Positions 45,782 through 54,153 of a DNA stretch of 64,000 bases are shown piece by piece. Within the stretch, counting starts at the first letter, position 1; the number at the start of each line of letters is the position of its first letter. Below the pieces are notes generated by a model. It made no database searches. It was not told the origin of the DNA and was given only the letters and a program-made list of their open reading frames with translations. A program made the position numbers and the translations under genes. The stretch lies in contig JAHDSQ010000006.1 in assembly GCA_018432615.1 (NCBI GenBank), positions 18,432 to 82,431 of the forward strand, read 5' to 3'. This stretch comes from Clostridia bacterium (GTDB taxonomy: Bacteria; Bacillota; Peptococcia; DRI-13; SM3-B62).

Positions 45782-47230
45782 TCATTCAATACCTTTGTAT
45801 CCGTTCTTTTCTGCATGGCCAAGCAAATACAGAAAGGCAAAAGCCGGAATACGAATGAGTTCATTGCCATCAGCAGTATTGTGGAGACCATAGTCATTTG
45901 CATTTTTGGTTATAATGATTGCGGCGGATGCTTCTTTGCAGAGTCGGCAGATAGCGTCATTATTGGTAATGGGTGCACCTTCTCGGTATTTCACTTCAAT
46001 CAGGATGTTTTTGTTATTGGAATATTCAACGACTATATCAACTTCTTTGTCCTTGCGTCCGCCTCGATAGTAACCGATTGAGGTTGTATTTTGATAATAG
46101 AATGCCGCTACATGCTTGTAAACAGAGGTTTCCACTACTTTGCCCATTTCGACCGGATCGGTGAGAAGGGAATCATCCATTAGAACTGCGTTGCGAAGGG
46201 CCGCATCCGCGATGTAGATTTTAGGACTGGCTTTCAGTATCTTTTTTCCTGCCATATTAATTGGCCAACTTTGATAAATCAGATTGGCACTTTCTAAGTA
46301 GCGAATATAGTTTTCTACAGTTGGGCGGGAGACACCCTGCAATTCCTTAGCAATAGCTTCAATGGATACAATAGAAGACGATACATTGCAAAGGTAAAGG
46401 AAGATGCGCTCCAACTCTGTGGAATTTCGGATAGGATAAAGAGAGGGCAGATCTCTTTTTAAGACCTTGTCAACCACATCTTCACGCAATATCTGTTGGG
46501 ACATTAAATCGTTGTCTGCCAGTGCCAGTTCCGGGAAGCCGCCAATCTGTAAATAACGCGCAAAGTGATTATAAACCTTTGATAGTTGCAGCATGATCTG
46601 CGTTCGCTCCTGCTGGGACTTATGGAGCAGGGAGGTGACATTGACGGAAGGAGTCAAATCAGGCTTCTCAATATTCATCAGCTCACAGTATTCATAGAAG
46701 GACATGGTGGGAACCTGGATGACTGACCACCTACCGGCTCCGCTTTCATTTGTTCCTTTCATTAAAACGGGGCTGGCAGAGCCGGTGGCCACTACTTTTG
46801 TGTCCGGCTGCATATCATAAATGGTTTTTAGCCACTTATCCCAATCCTGGGCATACTGAACTTCATCAAAAAAGTAGTAGCAGTCCTGTTCGGCATAAAT
46901 ATTCTCGTGATAACAATCTAATATCTCGTTGATAGCGCTCAGCTTCAGCATGGGATGATCCATCGAAATATAGATAATTTTCGTTGGAGTAATTACACTT
47001 TTTAGCAGGCTTTCAATCATCTGATATTGTATGGTTGTCTTTCCGACGCGACGTGTTCCCGTCAGAACAACAGAACGGCGAATTTTAGTCCGCTTTAAAC
47101 ACTTCATTGCTTCATAAAAAGCAAATCTTTTATATGTTTTAGCAAACTTTGGATTGACTATGCCCGTTTTCCACCACGGATTATAAGCTGTCAAAACCTT
47201 CAGGATACCTTCCTTTGTTGTAACTGGCAT
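45782..47230 (-). CDS. AAA+ ATPase (AAA_14 / DUF4143-type) with C-terminal D...ExK nuclease-like motif
   Basis: Walker A is LTGTRRVGKTT. Walker B is YYFFDEVQ. A central wHTH-like region reads VSRPTVENYIRYLESANLI. The C-terminus is KEVDIVVEYSNNKNILIEVKY. The ATG at 47230 (AGGTGG SD) is preferred over the track start at 47263. Confidence 0.8.
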   Translation of the reverse strand: MPVTTKEGILKVLTAYNPWWKTGIVNPKFAKTYKRFAFYEAMKCLKRTKIRRSVVLTGTRRVGKTTIQYQMIESLLKSVITPTKIIYISMDHPMLKLSAINEILDCYHENIYAEQDCYYFFDEVQYAQDWDKWLKTIYDMQPDTKVVATGSASPVLMKGTNESGAGRWSVIQVPTMSFYEYCELMNIEKPDLTPSVNVTSLLHKSQQERTQIMLQLSKVYNHFARYLQIGGFPELALADNDLMSQQILREDVVDKVLKRDLPSLYPIRNSTELERIFLYLCNVSSSIVSIEAIAKELQGVSRPTVENYIRYLESANLIYQSWPINMAGKKILKASPKIYIADAALRNAVLMDDSLLTDPVEMGKVVETSVYKHVAAFYYQNTTSIGYYRGGRKDKEVDIVVEYSNNKNILIEVKYREGAPITNNDAICRLCKEASAAIIITKNANDYGLHNTADGNELIRIPAFAFLYLLGHAEKNGYKGIE

Positions 47231-47285
47231 AAAACCACCTGCTTTCAAGCATAAGAGTAGCACTTACCTTCATTATTGTCAACTA

Positions 47286-47309
47286 TTATTATAAATATAT
47301 TTATAATAA
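47286..47309. promoter_or_regulatory. Perfect 24-bp A/T palindrome upstream of the 45782-47230 ATPase gene
   Basis: TTATTATAAATATATTTATAATAA equals its own reverse complement. It lies 56-79 nt upstream of the start codon. Confidence 0.5.
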
Positions 47310-47437
47310 ATGGTGGAAGTTATTGATTTTAATATGACACTGTCTATTCTTTCATTGAGCTTATTTTTTCCTATTGGAAACAATACTATGATTGCTTTGA
47401 TTCTTAAAATAAGGATGAAAATGCTGATGCGATAAAG

Positions 47438-48838
47438 TCATCGGAGTAGATTTATCTCGTCCAAAGACACAAGTTTTATATCCCGTTCCTTAGCAATATT
47501 TTGTACATCGTGGGTAAATCCGCTTTTTGAAAACAGATAATAGTATAAGGTTGCCGTCTTTTTCTTAGGATTGAATTTTGCCAGTGCAGAATTTAATTCC
47601 GAAAGATTAAAGGCGGCGTTTTTGAATTTACATTCGCCGAGGATGAACTTATTTTTATCCCGGTCTGTGGCCATGATGTCGATTTCTGTGTCTTTATTCC
47701 ACCAACGTCCAATTAATGTAAAGCGGAAGGGTAAGGCATTTCGGCGGTTTAACCTTCGCAAGTATTCTCTGCACACATCTTCGTAGATGCGCGAGGTATA
47801 TTGCTCCAGCATCGGTTGAATGGCATGATTGTAGACTCCGTCTGCGTCACCGGCCTCCAATTCAGAGATATTTGGGAAGACAAAAGCATACCAGAAGCGG
47901 AAGAAGTTATCGGTAATCTGATATAGGCCATGCTGGATATTTGCCTGCTTCTTTATGCCGTCGGATACAGGGAATTCTCTGCGGATCAAACCTAATTCTA
48001 CGAGGTTTTTAAGATAAACCGTCAGCTTGCTTTTACCAATTTGTGTCTTTTGAAAAATATAGTTGAGTTTTGTATTGCCGAGTGCAACCGCCTCGATGAT
48101 AGTGTTATAAACCGTAGTCTCCCGCAGCTCCTGTCGCATAAGAAATTCCACTTCGCTGTAAAGGATACTCCCCCGCTGCAGAATACTCTGTTTGATATTT
48201 TCCTCAAGGCTCTTATCCTGGCAGAACTGCTTTAGGTAGTGGGGAATACCGCCCAGCACAGCATAAGCGGCAATCTTATCAAGATTAGAGTAATCCGGGA
48301 AAAATTCAATAGCTTCGTAAAAGTCCATTTCATTCATCTTGAGAATGCCGGTTGCCCTTCCATAAAGGGGGTTCTTCTCAGCCAAAACCTCCTTTTCAAT
48401 AAATGACATGGCGCTGCCGCAAAGAATGATCATGATATTCTCGTTTTTTAGGTGACTGTCCCAGAGATTTTGCAGGAGTGATGGAATAGAAGGATTGTTT
48501 TTGACCATATAGGGGAACTCGTCTATAACTAGTAGTTTCTTACCGCTTCCGGCAAGTTCCGAAATGCTGGACAGCGCCTGCTCCCAATCTGAAAAAGCGT
48601 TGATATACTTTGCGGCAGGGATATCTTTTGAGAGCATGCGTCTACTGAATGATTTCAGTTGCTGCTCATCGGTACTTTCAGTACAAGAGTAAAAAATATG
48701 CTCCTTGTCTGCGCAGAATTTTCGTAGAGTTTCGGTCTTGCCTATGCGTCGTCGTCCATAAAGAACTATAAGCTGCCCGTTCGGTGTATTATATTTATTC
48801 TCTAAAAAAGCAAGCTCATTCTTTCTTCCGATGAACAT
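47438..48838 (-). CDS. AAA+ ATPase (archaeal-ATPase / DUF234-type) with C-terminal D...ExK nuclease-like motif
   Basis: It starts MFIGRKNELAFLE. Walker A is LYGRRRIGKTE. Walker B is LLVIDEFPY. The C-terminus is TEIDIMATDRDKNKFILGECKFK. The ATG at 48838 (AGGGGG SD) is preferred over the track start at 48922. Confidence 0.8.
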   Translation of the reverse strand: MFIGRKNELAFLENKYNTPNGQLIVLYGRRRIGKTETLRKFCADKEHIFYSCTESTDEQQLKSFSRRMLSKDIPAAKYINAFSDWEQALSSISELAGSGKKLLVIDEFPYMVKNNPSIPSLLQNLWDSHLKNENIMIILCGSAMSFIEKEVLAEKNPLYGRATGILKMNEMDFYEAIEFFPDYSNLDKIAAYAVLGGIPHYLKQFCQDKSLEENIKQSILQRGSILYSEVEFLMRQELRETTVYNTIIEAVALGNTKLNYIFQKTQIGKSKLTVYLKNLVELGLIRREFPVSDGIKKQANIQHGLYQITDNFFRFWYAFVFPNISELEAGDADGVYNHAIQPMLEQYTSRIYEDVCREYLRRLNRRNALPFRFTLIGRWWNKDTEIDIMATDRDKNKFILGECKFKNAAFNLSELNSALAKFNPKKKTATLYYYLFSKSGFTHDVQNIAKERDIKLVSLDEINLLR

Positions 48839-48944
48839 TTCAAAAACCCCCTGAGATATCAAATCGTAATTATTATAATCATGACTTGATATTATTATAC
48901 ATACCATCTTGGAAAATTGCAACTGAATATACTAACATCATTTC

Positions 48945-48999
48945 TTGACCTAATGAGATTATTCGTCTATAATAAAATATGATTTTAGAATAGACGAAT
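48945..48999 (+). promoter_or_regulatory. Promoter (TTGACC-17 nt-TATAAT) overlapped by a 9-bp inverted repeat
   Basis: TTGACC at 48945-48950 and TATAAT at 48968-48973. ATTCGTCTA (48961-48969) and TAGACGAAT (48991-48999) bracket the -10 box and the likely transcription start. Confidence 0.55.
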
Positions 49000-49045
49000 A
49001 GTATGAAGGGTTTTTGTATAGAATAACAAAGAGGCGAGGTGAGAG

Positions 49046-50302
49046 TTGGTGTATATTAAAAGAGCGGTTGAGGAAACCGTCCAAAAGGTTGCCGCAACCT
49101 TTCCGGTTATGCTCGTGACCGGTCCGCGACAAGTCGGCAAGTCGACAATGCTTGAAAAATTGGCAGAACCGGATCGTAAGATTGTGACATTGGATGACCC
49201 GGATATTCGCTATTTGGCGAAGAGTGATCCAGCCTTATTCATGCAAAGATACACGCCGCCTCTTATAATTGATGAGATCCAATATGCCCCTGAGCTTTTA
49301 CCCTATATCAAGATGGCCGTGGATAAGTCGAAGAAAAACGGTGAATACTGGCTTACGGGTTCACAATCTTTTGTCATGATGAGGGATATTAGTGAAACAT
49401 TAGCCGGACGTATCGGTATCATCAATCTGTTGGGCTTATCGACCAGCGAAATCAACTCAGTACCCTCTGAAGTATTTACGACTGATCCGGATAGGCTAAT
49501 GAAACGAACAGATGTGGTCAAAAGGCTTGACTTGAATGAGCTGTATTTTCGCATATTCAAAGGATCCATGCCGAAGCTGTACGCAGACGAAAATATAGAT
49601 ATCGAGACGTATTACCGCTCCTATATCGATACTTACCTTAAACGGGATATCAAAGATTTAACTCAGGTTGCGGATGAGATGACCTTTTATAACTTCATGA
49701 CTGTTGTTGCTGCAAGAACGGCAAAGCCTGTTATTTATGAGGAAATCGCAAGTGAAAGCGGAATATCTTCTCCAACCGCAAAAAAGTGGCTCTCTATTTT
49801 ACTATCGTCAAATATTATCGCGATCGTTCAGCCGTATTATAACAATGTTTTGAAGCGTGTTACGAAGATGCCGCTGCTTCACTTCCTTGATACAGGACTT
49901 TGCGCCCACCTTTTGAAATGGGGCAATCCTGAAGCGCTGGAAAGGGGTGCTATGTCAGGGGCATTTTTTGAGAGTTATGTTTTCTCGGAGATTTACAAAA
50001 GCTATTTGAACGTGGGGAAAGAACCGCCGCTGTACTATTACCGCGACAAGGATAAGAAAGAGATTGACCTTCTGATTTACGAGAACGGAACTCTTTATCC
50101 CATTGAAATCAAAAAGTCCGCTTCACCGGGCAAGGATGCTGTCAAGCACTTCAAAGTACTTAATCCGGTTACGGAGCCGGAGAAGTTTGGGGAAATTACC
50201 CGGGTGAAAATTAAAATAGGGAAGGGTGCAGTTATTTGTATGGTCAAGGATTTACTTCCTCTGGATGCGAAAAACTGGTACGTCCCTGCCTGGTTGATTT
50301 AA
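49046..50302 (+). CDS. AAA+ ATPase (AAA_14 / DUF4143-type) with C-terminal D...ExK nuclease-like motif
   Basis: Walker A is VTGPRQVGKST. Walker B is PLIIDEIQ. A wHTH-like region reads ISSPTAKKWLSILLSSNII. The C-terminus is KKEIDLLIYENGTLYPIEIKKS. It is paralogous to the 45782-47230 product. Confidence 0.8.
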   Translation: MVYIKRAVEETVQKVAATFPVMLVTGPRQVGKSTMLEKLAEPDRKIVTLDDPDIRYLAKSDPALFMQRYTPPLIIDEIQYAPELLPYIKMAVDKSKKNGEYWLTGSQSFVMMRDISETLAGRIGIINLLGLSTSEINSVPSEVFTTDPDRLMKRTDVVKRLDLNELYFRIFKGSMPKLYADENIDIETYYRSYIDTYLKRDIKDLTQVADEMTFYNFMTVVAARTAKPVIYEEIASESGISSPTAKKWLSILLSSNIIAIVQPYYNNVLKRVTKMPLLHFLDTGLCAHLLKWGNPEALERGAMSGAFFESYVFSEIYKSYLNVGKEPPLYYYRDKDKKEIDLLIYENGTLYPIEIKKSASPGKDAVKHFKVLNPVTEPEKFGEITRVKIKIGKGAVICMVKDLLPLDAKNWYVPAWLI

Positions 50303-50794
50303 ATCCGATAGTGCTTTTTCAATAATAAAGGCAATGGCAAATACCACAAAGATATTCATCGCAAATCTTGTCAAGGTAAACTGCCAGCCTAAGGATGATA
50401 TCTCAAAAAGTAATAACGGTATGCGAATGCTTGCGCTTGAACACAAAAAAAGCAGTACATTTGATATTTTGCTCCCTTTTTTGAGCAATACTCCGGCCAC
50501 AGGCAGCAGTGCATATAGCGGAACCGCGGTAATCAAGCCCAACAGCAATGAAATAAGGATTCCTTTTGCGCCGGATTTTTCACCCATTACCCTTATCATC
50601 ATCTCCCGTTCTACCCAGACATCCATGAGTCCTATACAAATGAAAATAGGTGTGAGCATAAAAAGGAAATTCAAAAAATTTTTACCCGTAAAGGTCAAAG
50701 CCTTTATTGCGACGGGTGGGTAGAGGATTAATACTATAAGATTGGCCGATAAAACAGTAGCAAGCAGTAAGTATCTTTTGAGTTGTTTTTTCAT
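50252..50794 (-). CDS. Permease-family (DUF318/ArsP-like) membrane protein, second subunit of a two-gene permease
   Basis: 180 aa with 4-5 TM segments. It overlaps the upstream partner by 4 nt (ATGA). Its last 17 codons are antisense to the end of the 49046-50302 gene. Confidence 0.7.
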   Translation of the reverse strand: MKKQLKRYLLLATVLSANLIVLILYPPVAIKALTFTGKNFLNFLFMLTPIFICIGLMDVWVEREMMIRVMGEKSGAKGILISLLLGLITAVPLYALLPVAGVLLKKGSKISNVLLFLCSSASIRIPLLLFEISSLGWQFTLTRFAMNIFVVFAIAFIIEKALSDLNQPGRDVPVFRIQRK

Positions 50795-51279
50795 GTAAAC
50801 ATAACTCCCATGAAATATGATGTAATAAAGGCAAACAGAAAAAACAGCAGATTGCGAAGAACTGCTACCTTTTTCCCCAAGTATTGGATTTCAAGCGGCA
50901 AGGTCACAAAGCCCACTGTTGTCAACGCGGCGATAAAAACTGCCATTTGAGCAATTCCCGCGCCGTTTTTCAGAAGTTCGGATACCAGCGGGAAAGCAAT
51001 CAAAACCGGAATAAGCGTAACCGCGCCAACCAATGCGGAGATGAGCATCCCTAAAAAACCGGATTGTGTACCGAGGATATTTTGTATCGTTTCCGGCTGC
51101 AACACCGCAAGTATAAGCCCGACGAGCAACAGGACAGATATAAACTGAGGCAGGACGGCAGTAAACATATTCCACGCTCTTTTTAATGATAAGAGCGTTT
51201 TCTTTTGGTCCATTAAAAAGGACAGTACTAACAAAACAGTTGCCACTACATAAAGGATAATTGTAAAGAGTGTATTCAT
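50791..51279 (-). CDS. Permease-family (DUF318/ArsP-like) membrane protein, first subunit
   Basis: 162 aa with 4-5 TM segments. It resembles the split two-component membrane permease pairs of Firmicutes. Confidence 0.7.
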   Translation of the reverse strand: MNTLFTIILYVVATVLLVLSFLMDQKKTLLSLKRAWNMFTAVLPQFISVLLLVGLILAVLQPETIQNILGTQSGFLGMLISALVGAVTLIPVLIAFPLVSELLKNGAGIAQMAVFIAALTTVGFVTLPLEIQYLGKKVAVLRNLLFFLFAFITSYFMGVMFT

Positions 51280-51360
51280 GTGTCATCACCTTGTATTGTT
51301 AAATCATATTGTTAAAACTTGTGCTTTTGTGTGCATTATATTACAATTCGAGCAGGAGGT

Positions 51361-51378
51361 ATGTTGCCTACGCAACAT
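51361..51378. promoter_or_regulatory. Perfect 7-4-7 palindrome between the SD and start codon of the Crp/Fnr gene
   Basis: ATGTTGC-CTAC-GCAACAT. AGGAGG at 51354-51359 lies 1 nt upstream, and the ATG of the regulator at 51387 lies 8 nt downstream. Confidence 0.6.
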
Positions 51379-51386
51379 AATATATT

Positions 51387-52046
51387 ATGAAAAACTACCT
51401 TGAAGATTTAGCACAGACAGCTTTATTTGCGGGTATCGAACAAGAGAATATTGAAAAATTACTTGGCTGTATCCAGGCAAAAGTAGTGGAGTACAAGAAA
51501 GATGAATTGATTATAGAGGAAGGCAGCAAGGTATATGATTTTGGTATCATGCTGTCGGGGCATGGCCGTGCTTTCAAGATTGATACGATGGGTAGAATAA
51601 TTATTATTACGCTTTTGAAAAAAGGCAGTGAAATCGGCGTTATTTTGGCTGCCGGCTCCGATCATAAAAGTCCGGTATCGGTTCAGGCCCAAGAGGATTT
51701 ATCTGTACTTTCGGTCCCGTTTGACGGGCTCATTATGCGCTGTAAAAACAACTGTCCGCAGCATGATCGGCTTTTGAGAAACTATATCAATATCGTTGCC
51801 GAAAAGGGGATGGTACTGCATGAGCGGATCGACTGCCTGCTGAAACCTACGGTACGGGAAAAAATCATGACGTATCTGGTACGGGTATCCCGTGAGCAGG
51901 GCTGCCGGACCTTTACCATTCCTTTTGACAGATATGCCATGTCCGAATATCTCAATATTGAGCGAAGTGCTCTTTCAAGAGAGCTGTCCAAGATGAAACG
52001 TGACGGGCTAATCGATTTCCATAAAAGCGAGTTTAAGTTGTTATAA
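51387..52046 (+). CDS. Crp/Fnr-family transcriptional regulator
   Basis: 219 aa. It has an N-terminal cNMP-binding-like beta-roll (LFAGIEQENIEKLL...) and a C-terminal HTH (RYAMSEYLNIERSALSRELSKMKRDGLI). Confidence 0.85.
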   Translation: MKNYLEDLAQTALFAGIEQENIEKLLGCIQAKVVEYKKDELIIEEGSKVYDFGIMLSGHGRAFKIDTMGRIIIITLLKKGSEIGVILAAGSDHKSPVSVQAQEDLSVLSVPFDGLIMRCKNNCPQHDRLLRNYINIVAEKGMVLHERIDCLLKPTVREKIMTYLVRVSREQGCRTFTIPFDRYAMSEYLNIERSALSRELSKMKRDGLIDFHKSEFKLL

Positions 52047-52105
52047 AAAATAACGACTGAAGTGTAAAACTCAGGATAGCCAATATTCAGATTGTACTTC
52101 CTTGT

Positions 52106-52138
52106 GCACCGTCACGAAAAGAGAGGGTGCTTTTTTTT
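52106..52138 (+). terminator. Weak-stem terminator with T8 run
   Basis: GCACC ... GGTGC (5 bp, 15-nt loop) is followed by TTTTTTTT. Confidence 0.45.
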
Positions 52139-52228
52139 ATGCCTAAAAAATATCTCGAAAAAATATGCAAACTTTTAAAAAAAAAGAAGGGATTTTTTAA
52201 ATGGCATGGAATATTAGTGTAATAAAAC

Positions 52229-52304
52229 AGAGACAGCGTCTCTAAAATTGCAAGGAGTAATGTCGCCATATAATAGAGACGCTGTCTCCAAAATTACAAG
52301 GAGG
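52229..52304 (+). repeat. Duplicated 46-nt module (palindromic hairpin + AAAATTRCAAGGAG) in the glutamate mutase leader
   Basis: Copy 1 is AGAGAC-AGC-GTCTCT-AAAATTGCAAGGAG (52229-52257). Copy 2 is AGAGAC-GCT-GTCTCC-AAAATTACAAGGAGG (52275-52304). The 15-mers are near reverse complements of each other, so they could form one 14-bp long-range helix. Confidence 0.8.
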
Positions 52305-52313
52305 GTTGTATCC

Positions 52314-52754
52314 ATGAGCAATACCATAGTCTTGGGGGTAATCGGGTCCGATTGTCACGCCGTTGGTAACAAAATATTGGACCACGCTTTTTCGTCGGTG
52401 GGATTTAAGGTGATCAATATCGGTGTATTAAGCTCACAGGAGGATTTTATCAATGCAGCCGTTGAAACCGATGCTGATGCAATCCTCGTTTCGTCCCTGT
52501 ACGGCCATGGAGAAATTGACTGCCGGGGATTCAGGGAAAAGTGTGAAGAGGAAGGCTTAAGCGAGATTCTTCTTTATGTAGGGGGGAACCTTGTAGTGGG
52601 CAAGCAGGAATGGAAGACGGTGGAGAACCTATATAAAAAGATGGGCTTCAACCGGGTTTATCCTCCGGGAACCTCACCTGCTGCTGCGATTACGGATTTG
52701 GCGCAGGATCTAAAAATCGATCTTAGTAAGCTTGGCAAAGTGAAGGTGAGCTAA
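52314..52754 (+). CDS. glmS: Glutamate mutase (methylaspartate mutase) small B12-binding subunit S
   Basis: It contains [22 protein letters not shown] (the DxHxxG B12-binding motif) ... SSLYGHGE ... [12 protein letters not shown]. The ATG at 52314 (AAGGAGGG SD) is preferred over the track start at 52248. Confidence 0.93.
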   Translation: MSNTIVLGVIGSDCHAVGNKILDHAFSSVGFKVINIGVLSSQEDFINAAVETDADAILVSSLYGHGEIDCRGFREKCEEEGLSEILLYVGGNLVVGKQEWKTVENLYKKMGFNRVYPPGTSPAAAITDLAQDLKIDLSKLGKVKVS

Positions 52755-52755
52755 A

Positions 52756-54147
52756 ATGGAGGCTGTTTTACTGGTTGATTTTGGCAGCACTTATACTAAG
52801 CTAACGGTTGTGGACGTAAAAAATGAAGAGATTTTAGCCACTGCAAAGTCGCCTTCCACGGTAGAGACAGACATAATGATAGGGTTGCAAAAGGCCTATT
52901 CCTCCCTAAAGGAAAGGCTGAGGGGTATACCTGTGGAGTTTACCGAAAAATACGCCTGCAGCAGTGCTGCGGGGGGGCTGAAAATCGTGGCGCTGGGGCT
53001 GGTGCCGGAATTGACGGTGGAAGCGGCAGCAAGGGCAGCCCTGGGAGCAGGGGCCCGTATTGTAGGTACGTATAATCATGAGATCGGTATGTATGAGGTT
53101 GAAGAAATCATTGCAAAAAAACCCGACATCATCTTGTTGGCCGGAGGAACCGACGGAGGCAATAAAAGCTGCATCCTACATAATGCGAAAATGCTTGCGG
53201 AATACCTCAGTGATATTTCGGTGATTGCCGCCGGAAACAGTAAGGCCAGAGAAGAATTAGAAAAGCTTTTTTCCGATCATAAGATGTGTTACCGCTTTAC
53301 CGAAAATGTGATGCCGCGTCTTAATATCTTGAACGTTGAGCCGGTCAGACAAACGATTAGGAAGCTTTTCATTGAGAGAATTGTTTTGGCCAGGGGCTTA
53401 AAGCGTGCCGAAAAATACGTCGGCAAGATATTGATGCCAACTCCTGCCGCTGTTATGCAGGCCGCCGCAATATTGGCCGACGGGACGGCAGAGGAAGAGG
53501 GGTATGGAGAGCTGATGGTCGTCGACATTGGCGGGGCTACCACCGATGTACATTCGATTGCCAGCGGCGAACCGTTGGAGGCGGGTATCAGCTGGTACGG
53601 CTTACCTGAACCCTATGCCAAACGAACCGTTGAGGGTGATTTGGGTATGAGAGTAAGCGCTTATTCTTTATGGCAGACGGCCGGTTATCAGCGAATACGA
53701 AAATACTATACAGGAAGTAATAGTGATATCGAACAAAAATGTTTATTGTTGTCTGAACAGATTGACAGGATCCCTGTCAACGATGACGATTTCGAGTTTG
53801 ATGCAGCACTGGGGGCTGTTGCTGCACAAATAGCTGTGGAACGCCATGCCGGAATGCTTGAAAGGCACTATACACCTACCGGACTGGTTTATGCCCTTCA
53901 GGGAAAAGACCTTAGAGGGGTTTCTTGTCTTATTGGTACTGGGGGTGTTTTAGTTAAAGGGCGTGACCCTCAAAGAATTTTACAGGCCACGTTGGAAGGC
54001 GGTTTTGGTGAGGGACGCTTGATACCGCAAAAACCGCAATTGATGCTCGATAGTTCATATATCTTATCGGCCATGGGTCTTTTATCCAATGCCTATCCGG
54101 TGCAGGCGTTACGGATAATGAAAAAGTATCTCAAAAGAATAGTGTGA
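52756..54147 (+). CDS. glmL: Glutamate mutase accessory/reactivating protein GlmL (MutL)
   Basis: 463 aa. It has an ASKHA-type N-terminus (LLVDFGSTYTKLTVVD) and sits between the S and E subunits as in Clostridium tetanomorphum/cochlearium. Confidence 0.85.
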   Translation: MEAVLLVDFGSTYTKLTVVDVKNEEILATAKSPSTVETDIMIGLQKAYSSLKERLRGIPVEFTEKYACSSAAGGLKIVALGLVPELTVEAAARAALGAGARIVGTYNHEIGMYEVEEIIAKKPDIILLAGGTDGGNKSCILHNAKMLAEYLSDISVIAAGNSKAREELEKLFSDHKMCYRFTENVMPRLNILNVEPVRQTIRKLFIERIVLARGLKRAEKYVGKILMPTPAAVMQAAAILADGTAEEEGYGELMVVDIGGATTDVHSIASGEPLEAGISWYGLPEPYAKRTVEGDLGMRVSAYSLWQTAGYQRIRKYYTGSNSDIEQKCLLLSEQIDRIPVNDDDFEFDAALGAVAAQIAVERHAGMLERHYTPTGLVYALQGKDLRGVSCLIGTGGVLVKGRDPQRILQATLEGGFGEGRLIPQKPQLMLDSSYILSAMGLLSNAYPVQALRIMKKYLKRIV

Positions 54148-54153
54148 GGTAAT

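Noticed and set aside
45561-45785. 74-aa minus-strand ORF and 65-aa plus-strand ORF (45696..45893) across the repeat/terminator region
   Set aside because: They run through the two 68-nt repeats and two terminator hairpins. They have no SD, and the region is better explained as structured non-coding DNA/RNA.
52139-52313. Looked for an adenosylcobalamin riboswitch upstream of the B12-dependent glutamate mutase genes
   Set aside because: No B12-box-like sequence or multi-helix aptamer is evident. The region is A/T-rich apart from the duplicated 15-mer palindromes, which are reported separately.
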